A DNA stretch of 64,000 bases from an uncultured Planctomycetaceae bacterium. GTDB lineage: Bacteria > Planctomycetota > Phycisphaerae > SM23-33. Both the position numbers and the translations under genes were made by a program. Location of the stretch: NCBI GenBank assembly GCA_964642165.1, contig CAZXOC010000005.1, forward strand, positions 771 through 64,770. Direction: 5' to 3'. Under the pieces are notes generated by a model. The model saw only the letters and a list, made by a program, of their open reading frames with translations, was not told where the DNA came from and made no database searches. Shown here piece after piece: positions 18,230-27,408 of this stretch (within the stretch, counting starts at the first letter, position 1; each line of letters opens with the position of its first letter).

Positions 18230-21200
18230 ATGGTGAGACACTGCCTTTCGTGCGCACTGTCGATCGCGACGGCCCTGCTTGCCGTGACGGACCGGGCCGC
18301 CTCGGCCGCGCCGGACCTCCTTCGCCCGGCCAACCTCAAGACGATGGGCTGCGGCAAACCGGACACGCGCTACATGTTCGTCCGGTCGAGCCGGCCGGGC
18401 AATGTGTTCTACCCGGGCGAGGCCGTGGACCTGACGGTCAAGGTCACTCGGGGCAACGACCCGCTCAAGTCGATTTCGCTCGGGGTCATCGAGATCGCCA
18501 CGCGACAAAACAGGTACCTCGAGGGCTGGTCGACGATGACTGCTCCGGCGGCGGTCGAGGTCGTCGGGCGCGTCGGGAAGCGTGATGTCCCCGTCACGGT
18601 GGCGGACAGGAAGGGCGCGACGGCCGAGATCGCCGTGAAGAACCTGCCCGTCCCCGCAAAGTACGGCACGTATGCCGTGACGATCGCCCCGAACGGCCGG
18701 GCGCCGCAGTTTCTCTGTACGCTGCTGCGGGCGCATCGTCCGAAGCAGGGCTTCGACGTGGACGCGCCCGTCTTCGGGGAGGGGCAGTTCCTTACGCACG
18801 ACGATCAGGACCCCGAGAAGATCCGACAGCGAGCGCTGACGCTGGGGCGGCTGGGCATCAAGGGCGTGCGGATCGAGTTGGGCTGGTCGCAGTCGCAGGC
18901 CGGCGAGTTCCAGTGGAAGCGCTACGACGCGTTGATGGGCGGCTTGGCGGAGGCGAAGGTCAAGGCCCTGGTCACCATGGGCGGCCACCCGTCCTGGACG
19001 ATGCCGTTCGGCCGGCCTACGCCGGCGTGCATCCCCGCCAAGCCCGACCACTCCTGCCTGCCGAAGCACTACGACCGGTTCGAGCAGTGGATTCGGGCGT
19101 TTTGCTCCCGCTACTGGGTGAACGGGCAGGGCGCCTTGTGGGCCATCGAGCACTGGAACGAGCCGTGGGAAGGCATCTCCATCAGCGGCTGGGAGAGCGA
19201 CTCGAACCACTACCGCGAGCTCATGAAGCGAATCGCCCGGGGCGCCCGCTCGGTGGACCGTCGGATCAAGACGGCCGCGGCGTGCTCGATCATGAACACC
19301 GAGGACAAGTTCCTGGTCGGCGAGGACCGCGAAGAGCTGATAAAGCTGGTGGACCTGTTCACCGACCACTACGTTCCCCCGCGGACGAGCTACGGGCCGA
19401 TGGTGGCCGGGTACTGGGGCAAGGAGAGCACCGACACCGAGACGTGGATCGCCGCGACGGAGGTGCTGCTGCCGCAGATCGTCTGCCAGTTCCTCGCCTG
19501 CGGCCAGGACCGCATGACCCCCTGGCACCCGGAGATGATCTACTTCTCCGTGCCGGGCGCCCCCATGAAGTATCAGATGCCCAACCCGGTGGCCCTGGCC
19601 TCCAACGTGTTCAACGCCTTCGTCACCGGGCGGAAGTTCCAGCGGCTGATGTTCCTCGAGCACTTGCCCTGGGCATTCCAGTTTGGCGCCGGCCGCGATG
19701 CGGTCGTGGTGCTGTTCGGCAAGCTCTATGCGCCGCACGGGGGGGACATCCGGGACGTGCTCTGGTGGCAGCTTCAACTCGCCGACGGCGGGACGATCGC
19801 CATCGACAACGCCGACGGGGCACTGGAGTTCCACGACATCGCGGGCAATCGCGAGTTCCAGGGGCAGAAGGCCGTGACGCTGCCGATGAACTACCTTTCG
19901 CACTACATCCGCTGCCCGCGCGGTGGGGCCGAGCTGATCGAGAAGCGCCTCCGCGCCGCCCGCATCGAGGGCGTTCGGCCGGTCGAGATCATCGCGCGCG
20001 ACTTCGTCACGCCCGTTGACGCGCCGGGCGCGACGGCGCGGGTGACGCTGCACAACCTGCTGAACCGGCCGATCGAGGGCAGCCTGAAGGTCACGCCCCC
20101 CAAGGGCATTCGCCTGAAGACATCCACAGCCAAGGCGGAGCTGTCCGCGGGGCAATCGCTCGAGCTTCGCTTCGACGTCGAGCAGGCCAAGCCGGACCCG
20201 ACGAACGCGTACCTGTTCTCCTACGACTTCGTCAGCGACGCCGGGCGAGCCGGTTGGAAGGAGAGCCTTCACGCCCTGGCGGCCCGGCGGCACACGAAGA
20301 AGATCGACGGGCGCCTGGACGACTGGCGGGATGACATCGGCGTGCTGGTGGACGCGAAGCTTCAGAAGGTCGACCCGACCGAACGGGCGTGGATGCCGTT
20401 CCTCAAGGCTCGCGACGCCCGCCCGGACGGGAGCTTCGCCGAGGTCAAGCTGGCGTGGGACGATCGGTTCCTCTACTTGGCCGCGAGCGTCAACGACCCC
20501 ACCGACTACGCAGGCCACCAACGCCTTCAGCATGGGAAGTGGGAAGAAGACCAGTACTTCCGCAGCGCCGCCGATGATCGGGTCTGCGAGCGGCTTCGGC
20601 CGTTCGAGAAGTTCGTCACAGCCGACATGCGCCGCAAGGAAGTCGCCGAGAAACTCGAGGCCGACCCGAAGTGGCCGGAATACCGGAGGCTCCTGGCCAA
20701 CGATGCCGACGCCAATGCAGCCGTGCAGACGGGGGCGGCCCGAGCGTACATCGAGTCCAGGCGCCGCGATCCGAACGCATCGTTCGCCGACGCCCGGCAC
20801 GTCTACAAGAAAGTCCCCTGGACCGAGTTCCCTTGGAGCGGGGACACGTTCCAGTTCTCCCTCGACCTGATCGACGGGTACTTCTTCAACATGAAGCCGG
20901 ACACCGATCGCGTGCCGTACGGCTTCCACGCCATGCCGGACGCCGACTACGAGTATGCCGCCTACGCCTGCACCGACGGCGGCACGGAACTGTGGCGGAT
21001 CCTCGCGCCGGGCGTGCCGCGAGGGCATCACTACCCACGGCAGCCTCGGGCGAAGTACGACCAGGGCCCGGTCGCGGGTGGCAAGCTCGCCGTTCGCCGC
21101 GACGGCAAGACGACGGTGTACGAAGTGGCCCTGCCTTGGGCGGAGATGAAGCTGGACTCCGTGCCCTGGAAGTCGCTCGAAACCGAACCTTGGCGTCCCG

Positions 21201-22369
21201 AGCCCGGCCAGACCTTCGGCTTCCTGTTCCGCGCGAACAACAACGAAGGCCCCGCCCTGGCCTTCGGCGCCGACAAGAGCGCCACGAAGACGAACGGCCT
21301 GTCGCTGCATCCGTATTGGCAGGCCAATCCAAGCTGCACCGTTCGCTGGGCCTTGGGGCCGGACCGCCCGGGCGAAGGCGCCCCCTCGCCGCCTGCCAGG
21401 CAACCTCCCCCCAAGCCGACGAGCGGCTGGGTGGACATCTCTGCCGGTGTGCTCGGGAAGCTGAGCGCCGCGAACATCAAGCCCGCCTGGCCGGGCAAGA
21501 CGACCGGTGTGTCCGTCGACCGAACCACCGGGCACGTCTACATGATCGTCTGCGGCCAGGGGGTCTGGCGCAGCTCCGACAAGGGCGCGACGTTCGAGCG
21601 GGTGGACGGCAAGGCCGTCGGCGGACGGTGCGAGACGGGCTACTCGCTCCAGTTCGACCCCGCCGGCAAGCGGCTGGCGTGCTTCATGCTGGACGGAAAG
21701 TCCGCCATGACGACGGACGGCGGCAAGGCGTGGACGCCGGTCAAGAACGTCCAACGCGGGTACGACTGGGCGGCGGCGGACTGGACCGGCAAGGACGTGA
21801 AGGACATCTTCGCCCTGGTGCACGAATCCGGCGGGATCGGGGCCGTCAGCTCCGACGGTGGGAAGACGTGGAAGCAGATCGGCAAGCGTTACCTGGCCGT
21901 GGGCATCTTCCCCGGCCGCGTCCTGCTGTGCGGCCGGGAGAAGCAGGAAGGCATCTTCCGCAGTGTCGACGGGGGGCAGAGCTGGACGAAGGTCAGCGAC
22001 GCGACCCCCGTCGGCGTGATGACCGTCTTCAAAGGCCCGGGCTATTGGCTCACCAGCCGGGGCCTGCAGGTCACCGCTGACGAAGGCAAGACCTGGAAAC
22101 GCGTCGGGGAGGTGTCCGGCGCGGCCTGGGGGCCGTACTTCGGACGTGACAGAAACCACTTCGTTGTTGTGACGAAGGAGGGATTCCAGGAGACGATCGA
22201 TGGCGGCAAGACCTGGAAGCTCATCGCGCCGCTGCCGCCTTCGCTGAAGAAGGAGTGGAACCCGCGTGGATGGTTCCTCAACGTCGCGTGGGACCCGATC
22301 GGAGAAGTTTGCTACGCCTCACGCATGGGCCGGGGGACCTACAAGTACGAATACGGCAACGGCAACTGA
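18230..22369 (+). CDS. 1379-aa secreted multidomain protein: GH-A-like TIM barrel + CBM9/DOMON-like module + BNR (Asp-box) beta-propeller
   Basis: ATG 18230 follows AGAGGAGAA. Signal 'MVRHCLSCALSIATALLAVTDRAASA'. TIM-barrel motifs 'GVRIELGWSQSQ', 'IEHWNEPWEG'. CBM9-like 'KIDGRLDDW', 'KLAWDDRFLYLAASVND', 'VYEVALPWAEM'. Six Asp-boxes: 'SSDKGATF', 'TTDGGKAW', 'SSDGGKTW', 'SVDGGQSW', 'TADEGKTW', 'TIDGGKTW'. Confidence 0.8.
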   Translation: MVRHCLSCALSIATALLAVTDRAASAAPDLLRPANLKTMGCGKPDTRYMFVRSSRPGNVFYPGEAVDLTVKVTRGNDPLKSISLGVIEIATRQNRYLEGWSTMTAPAAVEVVGRVGKRDVPVTVADRKGATAEIAVKNLPVPAKYGTYAVTIAPNGRAPQFLCTLLRAHRPKQGFDVDAPVFGEGQFLTHDDQDPEKIRQRALTLGRLGIKGVRIELGWSQSQAGEFQWKRYDALMGGLAEAKVKALVTMGGHPSWTMPFGRPTPACIPAKPDHSCLPKHYDRFEQWIRAFCSRYWVNGQGALWAIEHWNEPWEGISISGWESDSNHYRELMKRIARGARSVDRRIKTAAACSIMNTEDKFLVGEDREELIKLVDLFTDHYVPPRTSYGPMVAGYWGKESTDTETWIAATEVLLPQIVCQFLACGQDRMTPWHPEMIYFSVPGAPMKYQMPNPVALASNVFNAFVTGRKFQRLMFLEHLPWAFQFGAGRDAVVVLFGKLYAPHGGDIRDVLWWQLQLADGGTIAIDNADGALEFHDIAGNREFQGQKAVTLPMNYLSHYIRCPRGGAELIEKRLRAARIEGVRPVEIIARDFVTPVDAPGATARVTLHNLLNRPIEGSLKVTPPKGIRLKTSTAKAELSAGQSLELRFDVEQAKPDPTNAYLFSYDFVSDAGRAGWKESLHALAARRHTKKIDGRLDDWRDDIGVLVDAKLQKVDPTERAWMPFLKARDARPDGSFAEVKLAWDDRFLYLAASVNDPTDYAGHQRLQHGKWEEDQYFRSAADDRVCERLRPFEKFVTADMRRKEVAEKLEADPKWPEYRRLLANDADANAAVQTGAARAYIESRRRDPNASFADARHVYKKVPWTEFPWSGDTFQFSLDLIDGYFFNMKPDTDRVPYGFHAMPDADYEYAAYACTDGGTELWRILAPGVPRGHHYPRQPRAKYDQGPVAGGKLAVRRDGKTTVYEVALPWAEMKLDSVPWKSLETEPWRPEPGQTFGFLFRANNNEGPALAFGADKSATKTNGLSLHPYWQANPSCTVRWALGPDRPGEGAPSPPARQPPPKPTSGWVDISAGVLGKLSAANIKPAWPGKTTGVSVDRTTGHVYMIVCGQGVWRSSDKGATFERVDGKAVGGRCETGYSLQFDPAGKRLACFMLDGKSAMTTDGGKAWTPVKNVQRGYDWAAADWTGKDVKDIFALVHESGGIGAVSSDGGKTWKQIGKRYLAVGIFPGRVLLCGREKQEGIFRSVDGGQSWTKVSDATPVGVMTVFKGPGYWLTSRGLQVTADEGKTWKRVGEVSGAAWGPYFGRDRNHFVVVTKEGFQETIDGGKTWKLIAPLPPSLKKEWNPRGWFLNVAWDPIGEVCYASRMGRGTYKYEYGNGN

Positions 22370-22441
22370 GCGGCGGGCAAGTGGCCTCGCCCGAGAAGGT
22401 GAGCTGAAGTGACAGCCAACGTGAGACGCGAGAGAGAAGGC

Positions 22442-24841
22442 ATGAAGGGCTATTCCGGCAGGGCCGTGGCTGTGATCGGAGTGCTGTCTGCCATGTGGAT
22501 CGGCTTTTCGGCGAGGTCGGCAAGAGCCGCGGAGAAACCCGAGCTATTCGCTCCGGATGAGCCGGATCCGAAGATGGCCGAGATCCTGATGAAGAAGTTC
22601 CGGTTCGAGCTCGAGACCGACGCGCCGCTGACGAGCGCGGGCATCTTCGACCATACGGGACGGCTCGTCCGGCAGCTCTGGGCGCTGAAGCCCGTAGCGG
22701 CCGGGAAGCATAAGGGGGCATGGGACGGCAAGGACGAGTTCGGCAAGGCGATGCCGGCGGGCAAGTACACGTTCCGCGTGGTCCTCAACGGCTCGATGTA
22801 TCGCAACGTGGGCATCCTGGGCAACACGGGCACCCCCCCCAACGAAATGGGGCACATCCAACATGGCGTGATCTCGGTGGCGACCGACCCCCGCGGCCGA
22901 ATCTACACGGCCAACGGCTGGGAGGAGGCCGGCCACGACTTCAAGGTGATGGACTCAGGCGGCAGCACGCTGTTCCATGCCCGCTACCAGATCCGCAACG
23001 GCAGCCCTAACGGCGCGCCGCACGCGATCGCCGTGGACGACACGCATATCTACTGTGCGACGCACGGCTGGGCCAGTGAGCAGTGGAAGTCCAAGCAGCA
23101 GATCCAGCGTTTCCGGATCAACGACGGCAAGCACGAGACGTTCACGGAGATCAAGGACAACGCCGGGCACATCCAACTGTACGAATGGCCCGAGAAGCAG
23201 GTCCCGGAGGGCACCCCGAAAGAGGACGCCGGGTTGATGCGCCTGCCCGTTCGCGCGCTGGCCGTGCGCGGCGACGACCTGTTCGCCACCGACGCCCTCG
23301 GCGGGAAGGTCCATCGTTTCCACAAGGTCACGGGCAAGAAGCTCGGGGAGTTTTCCGTCAAGCTGCCGGCTGCCCTTGCCGTCGATGCCAAAGGCCGCCT
23401 ATGGGTCGGCCACGAGCACGGCCGGGTCAGCGTCTTCGACGTAGTGGGCAAGAAGCTCGCGTCGCCGATCACGGATCTGGGTGAGGTGAAGTCGCTGGCG
23501 TTCGGCCCGGGCGGGCTGCTGTACGTCGCCGACGGCGGGGCGGGACAGGTCCGGGTCTACGAAGTTCCGGGCACGCAGGCCAGACAGATCCGCACGTTCG
23601 GCCGCCCGGCCAGGCCCGGCGACCATGCTCCGGACCGCTTCTACTCCCTGCGCGGGGCGGCCGTCGATGCGAGGGGCAATCTGGTGACGATCCAGACCGT
23701 TGCGACCGGCGGCGCCCGGATCGCGCGATTCAGCCCGGACGGCAAGTGCCTGTGGGAGCACATGGCGCTGATGCTCTGCGACGTGGGCAACATCGCGCCG
23801 TGGCGGCCGGACGAGTTTATCACGCATCGCTTCCACCGGCTCATCCTGACTGACAAGAACGCCGGCCGATGGGAATACCGCGGCACGGTCCTGGACGGCG
23901 ACGCGAAGTACATCAACTGGCAGCACGGGGTGCTCAGGTTGCTGAAGCTCGGCGGGGTGGAGTTCTTCTTCCAGTGCTACGGCGACGGATTGCAGGTCTA
24001 CCGCCGCCGGGGAGGCCTGTACCGCCTGGTGACCATGGTCGGCGGCCTCAACCCACTGCCGGACGGGCGCTACAACGACCGTCTTCCGAAGGAGCAGAAG
24101 CAGAAGCTCGGCCAGTGGACGTGGACCGACTCAAACGGCAACGCCGAGGCCGGGAAGGAAGAGATCGTCTGGTACAGGGAGCCCGGCAAGGGGCGATACG
24201 CCGTCTTCGGCATGAACGTCGACGCGAAGGGCAACGTGCTGTACTGCGACCACCACACGCGGGCCATCTGGGAGCTGCCGCTGGCCCGGCTGCACGAAAG
24301 CGGCAACCCCGTATACGACTGGGCGAAGGTCCGCCAACTCACGCAGCGCGATACGTCGCCTGTGGTGTTCTTCCCGCTGATGGCGGTGCGGGCCGACGAC
24401 GGCACGATCTACGCCTTCGGCCGTAGCGAGGGCTGGAAGCGGCCCGGTGGCAAGACGGCGGGCTACGCCTGGATGGGCGGCTGGGCGCTGCGCCGCTACG
24501 ACGCGAGGAACAAGGCGCTCTGGTCGGCGAAGCTGCCGCAGGTGTGCGTGGGCATGGACGCGATCCCCGGCGGCAAGGGCGTGATGCTGGGCTACTTCGA
24601 GAAGGCCCACGTCTACCACTACAACGCCGACGGCCTGCTGATCGGCAGGATGAAGCCGGGCGAGGCCGCCGGGAAAGTCACAGGATGGATGGATAATACC
24701 TCCGCCGTGGCCGTCAGCCGAGACTCCCGCGATGGCATGCTGGACGTCTTCGGCGAGGACAGTTGGCTCAACCGGAACATCTGGTACCGCGTCGACGACC
24801 GGAACATCGACCAAGTGACAGGGACCATCGAGATAGAGTAG
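22442..24841 (+). CDS. Secreted FlgD-Ig-like + NHL-type beta-propeller protein (family member 1)
   Basis: ATG 22442 follows GAGAGAGAAGG. Signal 'MKGYSGRAVAVIGVLSAMWIGFSARSARA'. FlgD-Ig-like 'GAWDGKDEFGKAMPAGKYTFRVVLNG'. NHL-like blades 'LFATDALGGKVHRF', 'LLYVADGGAGQVRVYE'. Confidence 0.75.
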   Translation: MKGYSGRAVAVIGVLSAMWIGFSARSARAAEKPELFAPDEPDPKMAEILMKKFRFELETDAPLTSAGIFDHTGRLVRQLWALKPVAAGKHKGAWDGKDEFGKAMPAGKYTFRVVLNGSMYRNVGILGNTGTPPNEMGHIQHGVISVATDPRGRIYTANGWEEAGHDFKVMDSGGSTLFHARYQIRNGSPNGAPHAIAVDDTHIYCATHGWASEQWKSKQQIQRFRINDGKHETFTEIKDNAGHIQLYEWPEKQVPEGTPKEDAGLMRLPVRALAVRGDDLFATDALGGKVHRFHKVTGKKLGEFSVKLPAALAVDAKGRLWVGHEHGRVSVFDVVGKKLASPITDLGEVKSLAFGPGGLLYVADGGAGQVRVYEVPGTQARQIRTFGRPARPGDHAPDRFYSLRGAAVDARGNLVTIQTVATGGARIARFSPDGKCLWEHMALMLCDVGNIAPWRPDEFITHRFHRLILTDKNAGRWEYRGTVLDGDAKYINWQHGVLRLLKLGGVEFFFQCYGDGLQVYRRRGGLYRLVTMVGGLNPLPDGRYNDRLPKEQKQKLGQWTWTDSNGNAEAGKEEIVWYREPGKGRYAVFGMNVDAKGNVLYCDHHTRAIWELPLARLHESGNPVYDWAKVRQLTQRDTSPVVFFPLMAVRADDGTIYAFGRSEGWKRPGGKTAGYAWMGGWALRRYDARNKALWSAKLPQVCVGMDAIPGGKGVMLGYFEKAHVYHYNADGLLIGRMKPGEAAGKVTGWMDNTSAVAVSRDSRDGMLDVFGEDSWLNRNIWYRVDDRNIDQVTGTIEIE

Positions 24842-24884
24842 GCCCAACTGAACCGCGATCTACCAGACTGAAGGGCTCCCGCAC

Positions 24885-27398
24885 ATGAAGGAGAGTCGAC
24901 ACCGAAGCCGCCGAGCGATAGTCTCGTCCGCCTTGATCGGAGCGATCGCCATGACGGTGAGCGGAGCGGCGGTCACGGCCGTTCGGCCGGAGGAGCAGAA
25001 GGCCGCCCGTCGGTGGTTCCAGCGGCATTGGGCCAGGGCGAAGCCGGCTCCCGCTCCGGTCGGGTTGCTCGTGCTGGCGAATCACGACCCCGTGATCCGC
25101 AACGGCCGGGGCGGCCGGCCGCTGAAGATCGCCGGCAAGCAGTACCGTCGCGGGCTGTACTGCCACGCCGTCAGCAAGGTCGTCGTCCACCTGCCCTCGC
25201 CGGGCAAGCGTTTCACGGCCGTGGTGGGCGTGGACAGCAACGAGCAGACTTCCGGCGGCAGGGGCAGCGTGGTCTTTTCCGTCCACGCCGGCGGCAAGCG
25301 GCTGTATCGCTCCCAGGTGATGCGTGAAGGGATGGCCGGCGAGGACGTGCGGGTGGAACTCGGCGGGGCCAGGTCGCTGACGCTCGAGGTCGGCAACGCC
25401 GGCGACGGGATCTCCTGCGACCAGAGCGACTGGGCCGACGCGAAGGTCGTCCTGGCCGACGGGAAGGCGCTGTGGCTCGGCGACCTGCCGTTCGTTGACC
25501 CCGCCGGAAGGGGCGGGCCGCCACTGTCGTTCAGCTACGGCGGCGGGCCGTCGTCGGAACTACTGGCCGCGTGGGACCGGAAGGACGTTCGGGAGAAGAT
25601 CGACGACGCCCGGACGCGGCACACCATCACGTGGACGGACAACCGGACGGGCCTGGCCGTGCGCTGTGTAGCCGTCGAGTACCACGACTTCCCGACGGTC
25701 GAATGGACGATCCACTTCAGGAACGCCGGCAAGAAGGACACGCCGATTCTAGCCGACATCCAGGCGCTGGACACGTCGCTGTCGCGCGGGCCGACCGGCG
25801 AGTTCCTCCTGCACCACCACGTCGGCAGTATCGCGACGATGGACGATTACCGCCCGCTCCGGACGCCCCTGCGCGCGGGCGAGAAGCGCCGCTTCGCCCC
25901 GTCCAGCGGGCGGGGCAGCGACGGCGTCTGGCCGTACTTCAACATCGAGTCGCCCGGTGGAGGGGCGATCGTCGCGGTCGGCTGGCCGGGGCAGTGGGCG
26001 GCGACGTTCCACCGCGACGCCGCGACCGGCCTGCACATCCGTGCGGGCCAGGAGCGAACGCACTTCAAGCTCCTGCCGGGCGAGGAAACCCGCACGCCGC
26101 TGATCGCCGTTCAGTTCTATCGCGGAGACTGGCTCCGCGCGCAGAACGTCTGGCGGCGTTGGATGCTCGCGCACAACCTTCCTCGCCTGGCCGACGGCAA
26201 GGTGCCCGCGCCGCTGATGCCCGCCGCCAGCAGCAACCAGTGCCACGAGATGCAGAACGCCAACGAGGCCAACCAGAAGCGGTTCATCGACGGCTACCTC
26301 GACCACGGCGTTCGCATCGACTTCTGGTGGATGGACGCCGGTTGGTATGTTAACGGCACGAGCTGGCCGCGCGTCGGCACGTGGGAAGTCGACCGCAAGC
26401 GTTTCCCCAACGGCCTGCGGGCCGTCAGCGACCACGCCCACAAGCACGGCGTGCGGACACTCGTATGGTTCGAGCCCGAGCGCGTCACGCCGGGGACGTG
26501 GCTGTACGAGAAGCACCCCGAGTGGCTGCTGGGCGCCGACGGGGCCCAGAAGCTGCTGAACCTGGGCAATGAGAAAGCCCGCCAGTGGCTGACGGACCAC
26601 GTCGACAAGCTCATGGCCGACGAGGGCATCGACATCTATCGACAGGACTGCAACTTCAACCTTCTCGGCTACTGGCGGGCCCACGACAAACCCGACCGGC
26701 AGGGGATTACCGAGATCCGGCACGTGACGGGCTACCTGGCCTACTGGGACGAACTGCGGCGAAGGCGCCCGGGACTGTTGATCGACACGTGCGCCTCCGG
26801 GGGCCGGCGGAACGACCTCGAGACGCTCCGCCGCTCCGTGCCGCTGCACAAGAGCGACATGGAGTACCCCAACCTCACCGCCAAGCAGACCCAGCTTTAC
26901 GGGCTGGCCATGTGGGTGCCGTACTTCGGCGCGCCGGTCTACCCGGCCGACCGGGTGGACACCTACGGCTTCCGCAGCGGCATCGCGCCGATGACGGGGT
27001 TGGGCTACGACACGCGGCGAGACGACTACGACTACGCCCTGCTCCGCAAGCTCGTGGCCGAGTGGAAGCGGGTCGTGCCCAACTTCTACGGCGACTACTG
27101 GCCGCTGACGCCCTGGCGGGCTGAGCCGGACGTCTGGATGGCCTGGCAGTTCGACCGGCCGGAAGTGGGCGAGGGCGTCGTCCAGGCGTTCCGCCGGCCG
27201 AAGAGCCCCTACGAGTCGGCCCGGTTCGCCCTCCGCGGGCTGGACCCGTCTGCCTTCTACGAGGTCCGTAACATCGACATCGGGGCCGCGAGCAAGCTCA
27301 CCGGCCGGGAGCTGACGGACAAGGGCCTGCTCGTGACCATCCGCGCGCGGCCGGGGGCGGCGATCATCCTCTACAAGCGGCTGAAGCAGGCCCGATAG
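24885..27398 (+). CDS. Secreted NPCBM-domain + GH36-like glycosidase (paralog B)
   Basis: NPCBM-like 'YRRGLYCHAVSKVVVHL', 'GSVVFSVHAGGK', 'DQSDWADAKV'. Catalytic region 'RIDFWWMDAGWY', 'RTLVWFEPERV', 'LIDTCASGGRRNDLE'. Collinear with the 13790..16318 protein at roughly 40-50% identity, judged by eye. Confidence 0.85.
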   Translation: MKESRHRSRRAIVSSALIGAIAMTVSGAAVTAVRPEEQKAARRWFQRHWARAKPAPAPVGLLVLANHDPVIRNGRGGRPLKIAGKQYRRGLYCHAVSKVVVHLPSPGKRFTAVVGVDSNEQTSGGRGSVVFSVHAGGKRLYRSQVMREGMAGEDVRVELGGARSLTLEVGNAGDGISCDQSDWADAKVVLADGKALWLGDLPFVDPAGRGGPPLSFSYGGGPSSELLAAWDRKDVREKIDDARTRHTITWTDNRTGLAVRCVAVEYHDFPTVEWTIHFRNAGKKDTPILADIQALDTSLSRGPTGEFLLHHHVGSIATMDDYRPLRTPLRAGEKRRFAPSSGRGSDGVWPYFNIESPGGGAIVAVGWPGQWAATFHRDAATGLHIRAGQERTHFKLLPGEETRTPLIAVQFYRGDWLRAQNVWRRWMLAHNLPRLADGKVPAPLMPAASSNQCHEMQNANEANQKRFIDGYLDHGVRIDFWWMDAGWYVNGTSWPRVGTWEVDRKRFPNGLRAVSDHAHKHGVRTLVWFEPERVTPGTWLYEKHPEWLLGADGAQKLLNLGNEKARQWLTDHVDKLMADEGIDIYRQDCNFNLLGYWRAHDKPDRQGITEIRHVTGYLAYWDELRRRRPGLLIDTCASGGRRNDLETLRRSVPLHKSDMEYPNLTAKQTQLYGLAMWVPYFGAPVYPADRVDTYGFRSGIAPMTGLGYDTRRDDYDYALLRKLVAEWKRVVPNFYGDYWPLTPWRAEPDVWMAWQFDRPEVGEGVVQAFRRPKSPYESARFALRGLDPSAFYEVRNIDIGAASKLTGRELTDKGLLVTIRARPGAAIILYKRLKQAR

Positions 27399-27408
27399 GG
27401 ACCCGCCC

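Noticed and set aside
18086-22159. 1357-aa minus-strand ORF, the longest non-annotated ORF in the track
   Set aside because: It is exactly antisense to the 18230-22369 gene, which has a signal peptide, NEP motif, CBM9-like blocks and six Asp-boxes. Its own translation is Arg/Gly/Ala/Pro/Val-rich with no motif. This is a typical stop-poor shadow frame in high-GC DNA.
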